A stretch of 64,000 nucleotides of DNA. Source: a virus. Below, piece by piece: positions 9,922 through 18,556 of the stretch. How positions within the stretch are numbered: position 1 is the first letter of the stretch; each line of letters starts with the position of its first letter. The translations under genes were made by a program, and so were the position numbers. Where the stretch lies: the IMG/VR virus record IMGVR_UViG_3300036768_001133, positions 1 to 64,000 of that record, one strand, 5' to 3'. Under the pieces are notes generated by a model. The model was given only the letters and a program-made list of their open reading frames with translations, searched no databases and was not told the DNA's origin.

Positions 9922-11772
9922 TTATCCAAATACAAATTTATCCCCCTCCCTACGCCATGTAGGAAACTTAAAACTACTACTACGCTCCTCAAAACCTAAA
10001 CGCAACTCCTCATCATATATCAAACATAACATACTCGCTATCGTCCTGTCATACTCATTCCCCTCAAAATTAAAATTCATTATGTCTTCCACTTGCTCCC
10101 TTATCCATAACTTCTCCATACCCTCCTTCAAATACTTACTAAACCTTTCCACAGCAAACATCTTCCTCCTATAATCCATAACATAACCATACTTGTTCGT
10201 TACCCTACTATACTTTAACCCTATATTCAATAACCTCGGACTACTCGCTAATATACTACCCCAACCTACCTGCTTCAAATACGAAATTATACCTATCTTA
10301 CTATGCTCCACCATCACCTTCGCATTGTAATACAAACATAAACTTAATACACCCTCGTAAAAATCCTCTACATTGCTCGGTCTATCTACATACTCCGCAA
10401 CAAACTTCCCCTCCAACCTGTCAAATACATATACAGCCCCCTTACTCTTACTCCATAAACTCTTGTCTTGGTCATAACTATCACAACCCGCTATGTACCT
10501 CCCCTCCTCCACTACCCCACCTACACGTATAGGCTCGTCTATTATTACAAAATTCCCTAACCTGTCCTCCTTAAACTCTACCTCCACCTCAACACCACTC
10601 CTATATCCATTACAATATAATACACCCCTCTTCACTATTTCCCTATACTCCCTATCACTTATCAATAACAACTCCTCTAACCGCTTCCTCACAAACGAAA
10701 ATGGCGTTATATTGCTTACTAAAAACGCTTCATTTACCTCAAACGGCATCTCTTGTATAAAACTCTCATATGCCCCTATATCACCACTCTCTAATAACTT
10801 GTTACGCTTCCCCTCTAAATAAACCCTCGCCCCAACTTCATCACTTACCCCATCCTCACCATAATACCCCTCTAACTTCTTGTAAGCAGGTATAAAATAA
10901 CATACCCTCTTCCCATTATCAACCTCAAAACTATACAAATTAAAAGCATCAGGATTAAAAAACATATCCCTCGCCTCTATACTACCACCACTCTTCATCT
11001 CTCCACCAGTACCAAATAATATCGCTACACCAGTCCTTATACTACCCCTGTACAAACTATTCTCCACAGCCTTGTAACTATCCTTCAAATTGCTCTTCCA
11101 ACTACCTACCTCATCTAATATAACCCTCCTCGGTCTCCCACCCCTCGCCTTACCACTATCATCAAATATTATCATCTCTACCTCACTATTAAAACCCTTT
11201 CGCAACCTCTCCCCCTTCTCCCCTATATACTCTACCCCACTCATTATATACCCCTCCTTGTCCTTTATCTTACTATGACGCATCTCCTTCGGCAAACTAT
11301 CTAATCCCTCCACCATCTTCTTCCATAACTTTATACCATGTGGATACGTACTCGCACCCAATAAAGCATAACTATTCCTGTAAAATGTATAACTATGCGA
11401 TAATATACAAGCCCCTATGTAACTCTTACCATAACCCCTCCCAGTTATTACAAGCAAATTCTTCCCACTACTAAATGCTAATTCCACTAAATAAAATAAC
11501 TCCCTGTCCTCCTCACTATAATTCGGATAACCTAATACTACCTTACCACCCTCTAACTTGTTTATCTTAAAATAATTCAAAAAAAAATAATACTCCCCAG
11601 TTATCAACTTACCCCCTACTTCATACCCGTATAAACACCTATTCAACTCCTCCCTCCACCAACCTATATACCCCTCCTCTCCCTCTACATAAGGACAACC
11701 TAACCTCGCCCTAATCAATTCATCTATATACCTGCGCTCCATAATAAAATATATTTTAATAAAATATACCAA
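9922..11772 (-). CDS. terL: Terminase large subunit
   Basis: Walker A TGRGYGKS, Walker B VILDEVG, GTGGEM, RNaseH-like YIAGCDSYD...DRTIASM; crAss-type N-terminus ITGEYYFFLNY. Confidence 0.93.
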   Translation of the reverse strand: MVYFIKIYFIMERRYIDELIRARLGCPYVEGEEGYIGWWREELNRCLYGYEVGGKLITGEYYFFLNYFKINKLEGGKVVLGYPNYSEEDRELFYLVELAFSSGKNLLVITGRGYGKSYIGACILSHSYTFYRNSYALLGASTYPHGIKLWKKMVEGLDSLPKEMRHSKIKDKEGYIMSGVEYIGEKGERLRKGFNSEVEMIIFDDSGKARGGRPRRVILDEVGSWKSNLKDSYKAVENSLYRGSIRTGVAILFGTGGEMKSGGSIEARDMFFNPDAFNLYSFEVDNGKRVCYFIPAYKKLEGYYGEDGVSDEVGARVYLEGKRNKLLESGDIGAYESFIQEMPFEVNEAFLVSNITPFSFVRKRLEELLLISDREYREIVKRGVLYCNGYRSGVEVEVEFKEDRLGNFVIIDEPIRVGGVVEEGRYIAGCDSYDQDKSLWSKSKGAVYVFDRLEGKFVAEYVDRPSNVEDFYEGVLSLCLYYNAKVMVEHSKIGIISYLKQVGWGSILASSPRLLNIGLKYSRVTNKYGYVMDYRRKMFAVERFSKYLKEGMEKLWIREQVEDIMNFNFEGNEYDRTIASMLCLIYDEELRLGFEERSSSFKFPTWRREGDKFVFG

Positions 11773-11773
11773 C

Positions 11774-12289
11774 CTATATCAACCTGTCTATTAAACCCTC
11801 CTCCATATTCCCCCTCCTACGCTTACTGCCAGATACACCCCCTAACCCTAATACCAATCCCAACTCCTTCCTCAATTTCACCATATCTAATATCGCCTTC
11901 ACCTTCTTCGGCTCACTCTCTACATCTATATCACTCCCACTATAATCCCTAACTACCCTGTCTATACGCTCCACTAACCTCCTATAAACACGCTCCTCCT
12001 GATTGCCTACCTCCTCTAATATCCTATCCACTAAATTAACCAATACCCCCAATAAATTACTATACTCCTCCCTGCTCATCTCCCTACTAAATATGTCCCT
12101 GTATATCACCTCCCCACGCAACGTAATGTCCCCATATACATATACACTGCAATAATACCAATATACATACCTCCTCAAAAAATATTCCTCAACCTCCCCT
12201 AAACCTACTACCAAATTACGCCAATATAAACGATAATCCTCACTTACCTCATATCTATCCCCAATACGCTCTATTATACCTAATTCCAT
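11774..12289 (-). CDS. Putative terminase small subunit
   Basis: Immediately upstream of TerL; C-terminal RRGNMEEGLID. Confidence 0.5.
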   Translation of the reverse strand: MELGIIERIGDRYEVSEDYRLYWRNLVVGLGEVEEYFLRRYVYWYYCSVYVYGDITLRGEVIYRDIFSREMSREEYSNLLGVLVNLVDRILEEVGNQEERVYRRLVERIDRVVRDYSGSDIDVESEPKKVKAILDMVKLRKELGLVLGLGGVSGSKRRRGNMEEGLIDRLI

Positions 12290-12292
12290 ATA

Positions 12293-13063
12293 CTAATCCC
12301 CTTTTTTACTTATACACTTGCATACACCATATAACTCACTAATATCTAAACTCTCACCAACCCCATAACGCTTGTTACCATAATTCACCCAACCTATATT
12401 CCCCAACCTGAACCTTATCGTAAAATTATTCCCATTCCTGCCATAATGCCCAAAATCTAAACTACTATCACCTCCCCTTAACCTTAATAATAACCTTAAT
12501 AAACTACCCCATAAAGCCTCTAAATACCCGTGAAATACTAAATGACCATAATCACTACATAACATCCTATACCTCCATAAATAACTACCTAATACATCCC
12601 CTCCCCTCAATATACCCCTGTAAAATATACCCATTACCCTCAATAAATAAAAATATACATATAACCTCCAATGAAATAAATACCTATCCTTTATCACTAC
12701 TACATTATACCCCCTCTCCAATATCTCCCTGTACATCAACCCATAATCTATATCTATAAACCTGTTTATCCTTAACCTGTAATCCTGTAAATAATATATC
12801 TCCCTTAAACAAACACCATTGTAAAATAAACCATTCCCCATCACCATTATACTATAATAATCCCCCTCCCCCTCCCCACCTAATAACCAATCCTCCATCA
12901 ATAAACCCCCATATATACCACCACTTATACATACTAAACCATTGCAATTCCTATGACTATACATTATGTTCATCATAAACATAAATAATATCTCCCCAAT
13001 TATACCACTATACCCATAACCACGCATTATACCCCTAATACGCTCCTTTAATGAAATAACCAT
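12293..13063 (-). CDS. Hypothetical protein with extreme G/R/Y/L bias
   Basis: 256-aa ORF with 0 Pro, 1 Ala, 1 Thr, 1 Gln. Confidence 0.55.
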   Translation of the reverse strand: MVISLKERIRGIMRGYGYSGIIGEILFMFMMNIMYSHRNCNGLVCISGGIYGGLLMEDWLLGGEGEGDYYSIMVMGNGLFYNGVCLREIYYLQDYRLRINRFIDIDYGLMYREILERGYNVVVIKDRYLFHWRLYVYFYLLRVMGIFYRGILRGGDVLGSYLWRYRMLCSDYGHLVFHGYLEALWGSLLRLLLRLRGGDSSLDFGHYGRNGNNFTIRFRLGNIGWVNYGNKRYGVGESLDISELYGVCKCISKKGD

Positions 13064-13278
13064 AACAACCTACAATTTCATAAAAAAATACAAAAATAAA
13101 AATAAATCCCTACAAAATTAAAAACTTATACCACTACTACAAACAAAAATCTAAAAATTGTCCGATAATAATAACAAAATACTATAAATCATAAAATAAC
13201 CAAATAACCTAAAAACATCTTGATAAACATAAAATATGCCAATGAACATAAGGGTAATACCCAAAGTACCCCCCAATC

Positions 13279-13635
13279 GTGAAACTAAATGAAATTCGTA
13301 TGAGAAAGAAACAAGAAAATCTTGCCAAAGATTTTGACGCTGCAGTCAAACACAACAGGCAGGTATTGTTGGATTTAGGTATAAATCTAACAACAGCTAA
13401 AAAGGGCACATTTGAGGTGTCACTTTCGAAAAAGAAAGTTTCAAGAAGAAACTTCACAAAAAACGAAGTGGAGCAAAGGGAGCTATTCTTCATTAGCTCC
13501 AAATGCGGGAGTCTAAATTTTCCTGCAGATATGCTTGTGCTAACCAGTCCTAAGGTTAGCACAAAGTTAGAAGTGGCTCAGATTGAATATAACCAACGAG
13601 GTTATATTCAAAGGGTTATTGGTTCGTTCCAATAA
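13279..13635 (+). CDS. Hypothetical early protein (first plus-strand gene; start may be ATG 13300)
   Basis: 118-aa ORF followed by a terminator. Confidence 0.6.
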   Translation: MKLNEIRMRKKQENLAKDFDAAVKHNRQVLLDLGINLTTAKKGTFEVSLSKKKVSRRNFTKNEVEQRELFFISSKCGSLNFPADMLVLTSPKVSTKLEVAQIEYNQRGYIQRVIGSFQ

Positions 13636-13647
13636 CCCGTGTTGTGT

Positions 13648-13672
13648 GGGGGCAATTGCCCCCTCTTTTTTT
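13648..13672 (+). terminator. Intrinsic terminator
   Basis: GGGGGCAATTGCCCCC palindrome followed by TCTTTTTTT. Confidence 0.85.
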
Positions 13673-13725
13673 CAGCTTTTTTGGCTTTTTTTCGGTATTG
13701 CTTATTTATTTAAACAAAAAAAAGT

Positions 13726-13893
13726 ATGAAAAGATACCTTATTCATTACTATATACCCTCCCAAAATGTATTTTTGAGAGGGGTATTCGAAGCCGAAAGC
13801 AAATCGGCTTTAATTTCTGAATTGAGAGATTTAGGGTATAGAATTTACAATATTACTTCTATACCTAAACATTTTCATTCTTCTTCCAATTAA
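13726..13893 (+). CDS. Small hypothetical protein (55 aa, not in ORF track)
   Basis: MKRYLIHYYIPSQNVFLRGVFEAESKSALISELRDLGYRIYNI...; A-rich leader. Confidence 0.55.
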   Translation: MKRYLIHYYIPSQNVFLRGVFEAESKSALISELRDLGYRIYNITSIPKHFHSSSN

Positions 13894-13922
13894 CCACTTA
13901 AACCACTTAAACTTAAACGAAA

Positions 13923-14297
13923 ATGAAAGAAGGAAAAAAATACAAAATTATTAGACTCACCCCATACGTTATTAGTGTATGGGGGGACAATGGATATCTA
14001 AGTATTCGAACCCTAATAAGGAACTTATGTAACAAAGGGTTCTGTACAAGCTTCCTTGTGAAAAACAAGGAAATGCTTGGGTCTAATCCAACTATGTTGG
14101 ATAATGAAATTATTGATAATATGTTATTCCTTTACAGCCTCGATATAGAGGCGGTAAAGAAAGAATACGAAAGTATTCGTTTGTTTTTAGCCGAAAACCT
14201 AATTAGGTTTTCGGATGAACAATTTCAAAAGAGATATTCTGCCTCCTTTTATAGGAGGTATAGAAGCCTGCCCGACATATGGATCGAGGTAGGATAA
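13923..14297 (+). CDS. Hypothetical protein
   Basis: 124-aa ORF followed by a terminator. Confidence 0.6.
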   Translation: MKEGKKYKIIRLTPYVISVWGDNGYLSIRTLIRNLCNKGFCTSFLVKNKEMLGSNPTMLDNEIIDNMLFLYSLDIEAVKKEYESIRLFLAENLIRFSDEQFQKRYSASFYRRYRSLPDIWIEVG

Positions 14298-14303
14298 TAG
14301 TAT

Positions 14304-14343
14304 AGATAGATAACGACATTAGTTGTTATCTATCTTTTTTTTT
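14304..14343 (+). terminator. Intrinsic terminator
   Basis: AGATAGATAACGAC-atta-GTTGTTATCTATCT followed by a T run. Confidence 0.8.
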
Positions 14344-14761
14344 GGTTTTTATGTTAGCAGATAAATCAAATTTTTCACTTTCTTCAAGCTCAAAACCCTT
14401 ATTAGGTGAGGGCTTGAAAGTAATAAAGGTATTAGGCACTATGAAGTGCCAAAACCTGTTGAGATATATAAACGAAAACTTTGACAAGTTTTCGTTTTAT
14501 GTAAATAATACTCTTTATTTATATTGTATAGATGAAGAGTATGAAGAGCAATATTATATAGGTGAATTAGAGAAGCCTATATATGGGGATTTCATAGTAA
14601 TGATAGTACCACCAAGTTTGGGTACTATTTATTACGATACAGATTACTATGGTAATATAGTGTATTACTATAGTAATATAGTATATAGTAATGCTAATGA
14701 TTTGGATAGTATTACTATGGAGAAAGAATACTATGGTATAAGATGTTTAATATCTATATAG
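14342..14761 (+). CDS. Hypothetical protein (likely ATG 14351)
   Basis: ORF in the early block. Confidence 0.55.
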   Translation: MVFMLADKSNFSLSSSSKPLLGEGLKVIKVLGTMKCQNLLRYINENFDKFSFYVNNTLYLYCIDEEYEEQYYIGELEKPIYGDFIVMIVPPSLGTIYYDTDYYGNIVYYYSNIVYSNANDLDSITMEKEYYGIRCLISI

Positions 14762-14804
14762 GGATTTAAATAAAAAAAACTTAGGGTAATTGAAAAAATG
14801 ACTT

Positions 14805-14933
14805 ATGGCAAGGATTCTATTCTTTATATTTCTTTTACTACTTTTAAATGCTGTTATGGTAATATTAGCATATTCGCAAATAAAATATGGATTGTATAAA
14901 ACAAAAAATATAAAATACATTAAAAAAATATAA
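14805..14933 (+). CDS. Small hydrophobic protein (42 aa), paralog or remnant of 18347..18556
   Basis: MARILFFIFLLLLLNAVMVILAYSQIKYGLYKTKNIKYIKKI. Confidence 0.45.
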   Translation: MARILFFIFLLLLLNAVMVILAYSQIKYGLYKTKNIKYIKKI

Positions 14934-14946
14934 AATACATTAAAAT

Positions 14947-15525
14947 ATGGAGTTCATTATTGAATTAAGCAGGTTGAGGGAAACTCCCTGCGAAAGATAC
15001 CTTAAACATTTTGAAAATGGGAAAGTAGATGCTCTCAAGCTATTTAGAGAGCTTGGACAGAAATACGAATGGTTATACAACCATTCGGATTATGATATTA
15101 TAAGATTTGAAATAGAAAACGGGATATTTAATTGGGAAGAATATAGTTACTATGTTCCCCAATATTGTCCTGAATATTTTGATGGAAATAAATACAATTG
15201 GAGAGAAGATAGCTGGGCAATAGTTCAATATTGTCCAGAGCATTTTGATGGGGATAAATACAACTGGGAAAAAGATAGTTGGGCAATAGTTAAATTTTGT
15301 CCTGAATACTTTGATGGAAATAAATACAACTGGAAAGATCAAGGTTGGGCAATAGTTAAATATTGTCCTGAATACTTTGATGGAAATAAATACAATTGGG
15401 AGAAACATAGCTATTATGTAGCTATGTATTGTCCTAAATTGTTGGACAAGAATAAATACAATTGGAGAGAAGATAGTTGGGCAGTATCTGAATATTGTCC
15501 CGAACTATTGAAATATAAACCTTAA
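14947..15525 (+). CDS. 22-aa repeat protein, paralog 1 (6 repeats)
   Basis: About 63-aa conserved N-domain plus repeats W-xxxS(W/Y)(A/Y)(V/I)xxYCPxxxDxxKYN. Confidence 0.85.
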   Translation: MEFIIELSRLRETPCERYLKHFENGKVDALKLFRELGQKYEWLYNHSDYDIIRFEIENGIFNWEEYSYYVPQYCPEYFDGNKYNWREDSWAIVQYCPEHFDGDKYNWEKDSWAIVKFCPEYFDGNKYNWKDQGWAIVKYCPEYFDGNKYNWEKHSYYVAMYCPKLLDKNKYNWREDSWAVSEYCPELLKYKP

Positions 15526-15533
15526 CATTTCAT

Positions 15534-15565
15534 AACACACAAAGTTACAAACTTTGTGTGTTTTT
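15534..15565 (+). terminator. Intrinsic terminator
   Basis: AACACACAAAGTT-aca-AACTTTGTGTGTT followed by Ts. Confidence 0.75.
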
Positions 15566-15757
15566 ATTTGTGTTCGTTATTAGTTCAAAAATGTAACAAC
15601 AAAAATTTAAAAAATAGGCAAGTGTGATAAAGCCAATTACATAGACTACAAGTTCCTAGATAAAAAGCCCACTATTAGAGATTTTCAAGAAAAAAATCTA
15701 CTTACAAATTTTGAACTTTTTCAAGATATTGCCGCTTAACTCACGTTATATAATATT

Positions 15758-15795
15758 TATATGTGTGTAATAATTCACACATATAGATTTTTTTT
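15758..15795 (+). terminator. Hairpin/terminator in the long intergenic region
   Basis: TATATGTGTG-N8-CACACATATA followed by a T run. Confidence 0.5.
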
Positions 15796-15876
15796 ATGCT
15801 TACGCATACGCTAAATATATAAGAAAAGAAAATATAGGATAATACATTGTTTATCAATGTTTTACGATAAAAATTA

Positions 15877-15937
15877 TTACTCTATGGGGCTAATGAAATT
15901 ACTCTGTGGGAGTAATTTCAATAGTCTGTCAGAGTAG
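15877..15937. repeat. Iteron-like array B: 3 degenerate units, 22-bp period
   Basis: TTACTCTATGGGGCTAA (15877), TTACTCTGTGGGAGTAA (15899), ATAGTCTGTCAGAGTAG (15921); dyad TTACTC-N5-GAGTAA. Confidence 0.7.
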
Positions 15938-16045
15938 TAAAAAATTTAAAAGAAGTCCTTTTTTTTTAGTTTATGTGTGCAATATACTAATATATAGTAA
16001 AATAAGAGTTAAATAATTGATTATCATATATTTAACTCTTATGAA

Positions 16046-16110
16046 AATGTCGTTTTCGGTTGATAATAATGTCGTTTTCGGTTAATAATAATGTCGTTTT
16101 CGGTTAATAA
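16046..16110. repeat. Iteron-like array C: 3 x 22 bp AATGTCGTTTTCGGTT(A/G)ATAAT
   Basis: Copies at 16046, 16068, 16090; upstream of the RepL-like gene. Confidence 0.9.
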
Positions 16111-16196
16111 AATACACTATTTTGAGTGTATTTTATACATTATTTGATATGTATAAAGAAAATGTATTTTAAGCTTTTTTTTTAATTTTTAATACT

Positions 16197-16204
16197 TATA
16201 TTTG
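16197..16204 (+). promoter_or_regulatory. Bacteroidota sigma-A -7 element (TATATTTG)
   Basis: TAnnTTTG about 35 bp upstream of the RepL-like gene. Confidence 0.55.
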
Positions 16205-16238
16205 TGTGTATTAAATACTAATTATTAGATGTAAAAAT

Positions 16239-16721
16239 ATGAAAAATGCAAAGACAAAAATTTATGAAGAGATTAAAACTGTAATAAACGAAGATGGGGA
16301 AATAATTACAGCTGAATTTACAACAGTAAAAAAAGTAACTAAGGAAACGTTCTTACAGGTTTATTTAGATGATTTTTACTCCTTAATGAGAATTAGAGAG
16401 GGAAACGAATACAAATTAGTTCTGTGGATAGGTAAAAATATGAATTTCGATAATGAAATAATACTGGTTAAGGAAATAAAAAATAGAATCGCCAATGAAA
16501 TTGAGTGTAATGTAAGAACCATAGATAACTCAATACGGTCGTTGGTATCTAAGGGCATTTTAATCAAGTCTGGGAGGGCTATTTTTACTTTAAACCCACA
16601 TTTATTTTTCAAGGGCAGCTTAGACCAGCGGAATAAACTCAAAAAGCTTATAAAGAAAGTAGAATACGATTTCTTAGAAGAAGATGAAACAAAAGAAATA
16701 CAAAGTGATAGCAAAGGTTGA
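16239..16721 (+). CDS. RepL-like winged-helix replication/maintenance protein
   Basis: FLQVYLDD, IANEIECNVRTIDNSIRSLVSKGIL HTH, GRAIFTLNPHLFFKG. Confidence 0.8.
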   Translation: MKNAKTKIYEEIKTVINEDGEIITAEFTTVKKVTKETFLQVYLDDFYSLMRIREGNEYKLVLWIGKNMNFDNEIILVKEIKNRIANEIECNVRTIDNSIRSLVSKGILIKSGRAIFTLNPHLFFKGSLDQRNKLKKLIKKVEYDFLEEDETKEIQSDSKG

Positions 16722-16920
16722 TAATAACAAGTTTGTAAAGTATAACGTAAATAATTTGATTCTTTTCACGAAATTTCTTGACAGGAGCTTTCAGGTTTGT
16801 TGGCGTTGGTTCAATGTGATAGCAATATTTTGTTTGTTTTATATGGCTACTATTTTTACATTTGTGTTAGTAGTTAGTTTTATATTATTACCTATAAAGG
16901 TTATACTATGGTTAGTATGA
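16684..16920 (+). CDS. Small hypothetical protein with hydrophobic C-terminus
   Basis: 78 aa; KFVKYNVNNL...FLDR...WRWFNV followed by TM-like segments. Confidence 0.5.
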   Translation: MKQKKYKVIAKVDNNKFVKYNVNNLILFTKFLDRSFQVCWRWFNVIAIFCLFYMATIFTFVLVVSFILLPIKVILWLV

Positions 16921-18209
16921 TAGATGTTGAATTAGACAGCATATATTATTGTCTAATAAACAATAGCAATATACGTATATTTGATAGGGAATACTATACA
17001 AAGGGTGATACTTTGTATATGTATGACAAGTTAGTTGAAATATATAATAAAGAAAAATATGTCAGTTTGAATATATTTAGGAATGAGATAAAGGGGGATA
17101 GTATATTGCATAAGTATTTATCTGTATATAATGATAAATATGTATGTAGTTATACTATTGAAGAATGTGAAAAGATAATGAGGAGAGACTACAATAGAAG
17201 GGTATTTATAGATATGATAAATGATAAGTCCTTATTAAGGGCTAGTGATGATAGGATATTGGAGGTGATGATGGAGGTCATAAGCAAGTTTAGGGGGAAT
17301 AAGATGGAAAATATAGTTAGTAATTTTGATAAGATGGTTGAATACATAATTAATGTAGATAATAACAGGTATAAAATAGGTATAGAGGGTATAGATAGTT
17401 CTATATCTATAGAGCCTGATAGGTTTATAGTGATAGGTGGGGCGAGTGGTAGTGGGAAGACAGCCTTCAGTGTATTTTTAATAAACAAGCTATGTCAGTT
17501 GTATAGTGATAGCTTGTATGTTTTATTTATAAGCCTTGAGATGAGTGAGATAAGAGTGATGATGAGGTTAATAAGTTTATTATCGGGAAAGAGCATTGGG
17601 GAGTTAAAGGCTGTAGATAAAAGTTTTTTTGAAGGGTATAGGGATATAATTAGTGGTTATTCATTAGATATAATGTATAGCACTATGGATATTCCAAAGT
17701 TATCTGCAGTATTGCAGATGCATATAAATGAAGCAAATAGAAAAGGTAAGATACCTGTGGTTTTTATAGACCATTTTGGAGAAGTAAGTGGTTTAGATGA
17801 ACATACAGCGAAATCTAACACAGATAAAGTAACCGCTTTGTGTAAGGATGTAGCAAGACAAGGCGGCATATGTTTCGGTCTTACGCAATTGCGTAAGGAT
17901 TTGTTAGATAAGAGGAATGAAGGCAGTTATTACAAGCCTTCAAATGGATACATTATGAATAGTCAGAGTGTAGAAGCGAGGGCAGATGTAATAATGCACT
18001 TGTGGAGACCTGAATATCATAATGTATTAGAGATAATAGAAGAGGAAAAAGATATGATAAGAGTAATAGATACAAGAGGTAGTATATGTATAGTAAATGA
18101 TAAGAACAGGGATTTTAAGAAGGGTGATATATGGCTGGATTGTGATATTAAAACGAATAGTTTTAAGGATATTCATAGTAGTAAAATACAAATTATTAAT
18201 AAATTTTAA
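16908..18209 (+). CDS. DnaB-like replicative helicase (SF4)
   Basis: GGASGSGKT, FISLEMS, VFIDH, LTQL, ADVIMHLWRP, KNR. Confidence 0.92.
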   Translation: MVSMIDVELDSIYYCLINNSNIRIFDREYYTKGDTLYMYDKLVEIYNKEKYVSLNIFRNEIKGDSILHKYLSVYNDKYVCSYTIEECEKIMRRDYNRRVFIDMINDKSLLRASDDRILEVMMEVISKFRGNKMENIVSNFDKMVEYIINVDNNRYKIGIEGIDSSISIEPDRFIVIGGASGSGKTAFSVFLINKLCQLYSDSLYVLFISLEMSEIRVMMRLISLLSGKSIGELKAVDKSFFEGYRDIISGYSLDIMYSTMDIPKLSAVLQMHINEANRKGKIPVVFIDHFGEVSGLDEHTAKSNTDKVTALCKDVARQGGICFGLTQLRKDLLDKRNEGSYYKPSNGYIMNSQSVEARADVIMHLWRPEYHNVLEIIEEEKDMIRVIDTRGSICIVNDKNRDFKKGDIWLDCDIKTNSFKDIHSSKIQIINKF

Positions 18210-18219
18210 TTTAATTTAA

Positions 18220-18396
18220 ATGGAAAAGAAAACCATCATTATTGAATGTATAGGCGAGCAATATTCTGCCTATATAGAAGATATACCTGGGTTAATATCT
18301 TTTGGTACTAACCTAAAAGAGGTATTGGATAACTTAGTGGAGGGATATGAATTACATATGGAACTATTGTCAGAACTGGACGGAGATAACTATTAA
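18220..18396 (+). CDS. HicB-like antitoxin N-domain protein (58 aa, not in ORF track)
   Basis: MEKKTIIIECIGEQYSAYIEDIPGLISFGTNLKEVLDNLVEGYELHMELL matches the HicB pattern YxAxxxDLPGxxxxGxTxxExxxNxxEAxEL. Confidence 0.7.
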   Translation: MEKKTIIIECIGEQYSAYIEDIPGLISFGTNLKEVLDNLVEGYELHMELLSELDGDNY

Positions 18397-18556
18397 TGCT
18401 ATTATAGTAATAGTAGGATATTCGCAAGTAAAAGAAGCAAAGATAGAAGATAAGTATAAATTTGAAGACAAGATACTAATACCCGTATTAGAAGGGAAAT
18501 ATGGAAAAGAATACTTGTATAAAACAAAAAATGTAAAATACATTAATGTATATTAG
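18390..18556 (+). pseudogene. 5'-truncated paralog of 14805..14933
   Basis: NAIIVIVGYSQVK...KYGKEYLYKTKNVKYI versus NAVMVILAYSQIKYGLYKTKNIKYI; the track start at 18347 lies inside the HicB-like gene. Confidence 0.45.

Noticed and set aside
9922-11772. Intron or intein in TerL (also checked by eye in the RNAP and helicase)
   Set aside because: The ORF is continuous and of normal length; no intein splice motifs or homing endonuclease were seen.
12861-12880. Functional G-quadruplex on the minus strand
   Set aside because: The G-runs are an expected by-product of the extreme local skew and encode GGEGEG; there is no independent support.
9255-16110. Mini-CRISPR arrays
   Set aside because: The 22-bp units are directly tandem with no unique spacers, and there are no cas genes.
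14947-16110. Link between the 22-aa protein repeats and the 22-bp DNA repeats
   Set aside because: Numerical coincidence; no mechanism or sequence evidence connects them.
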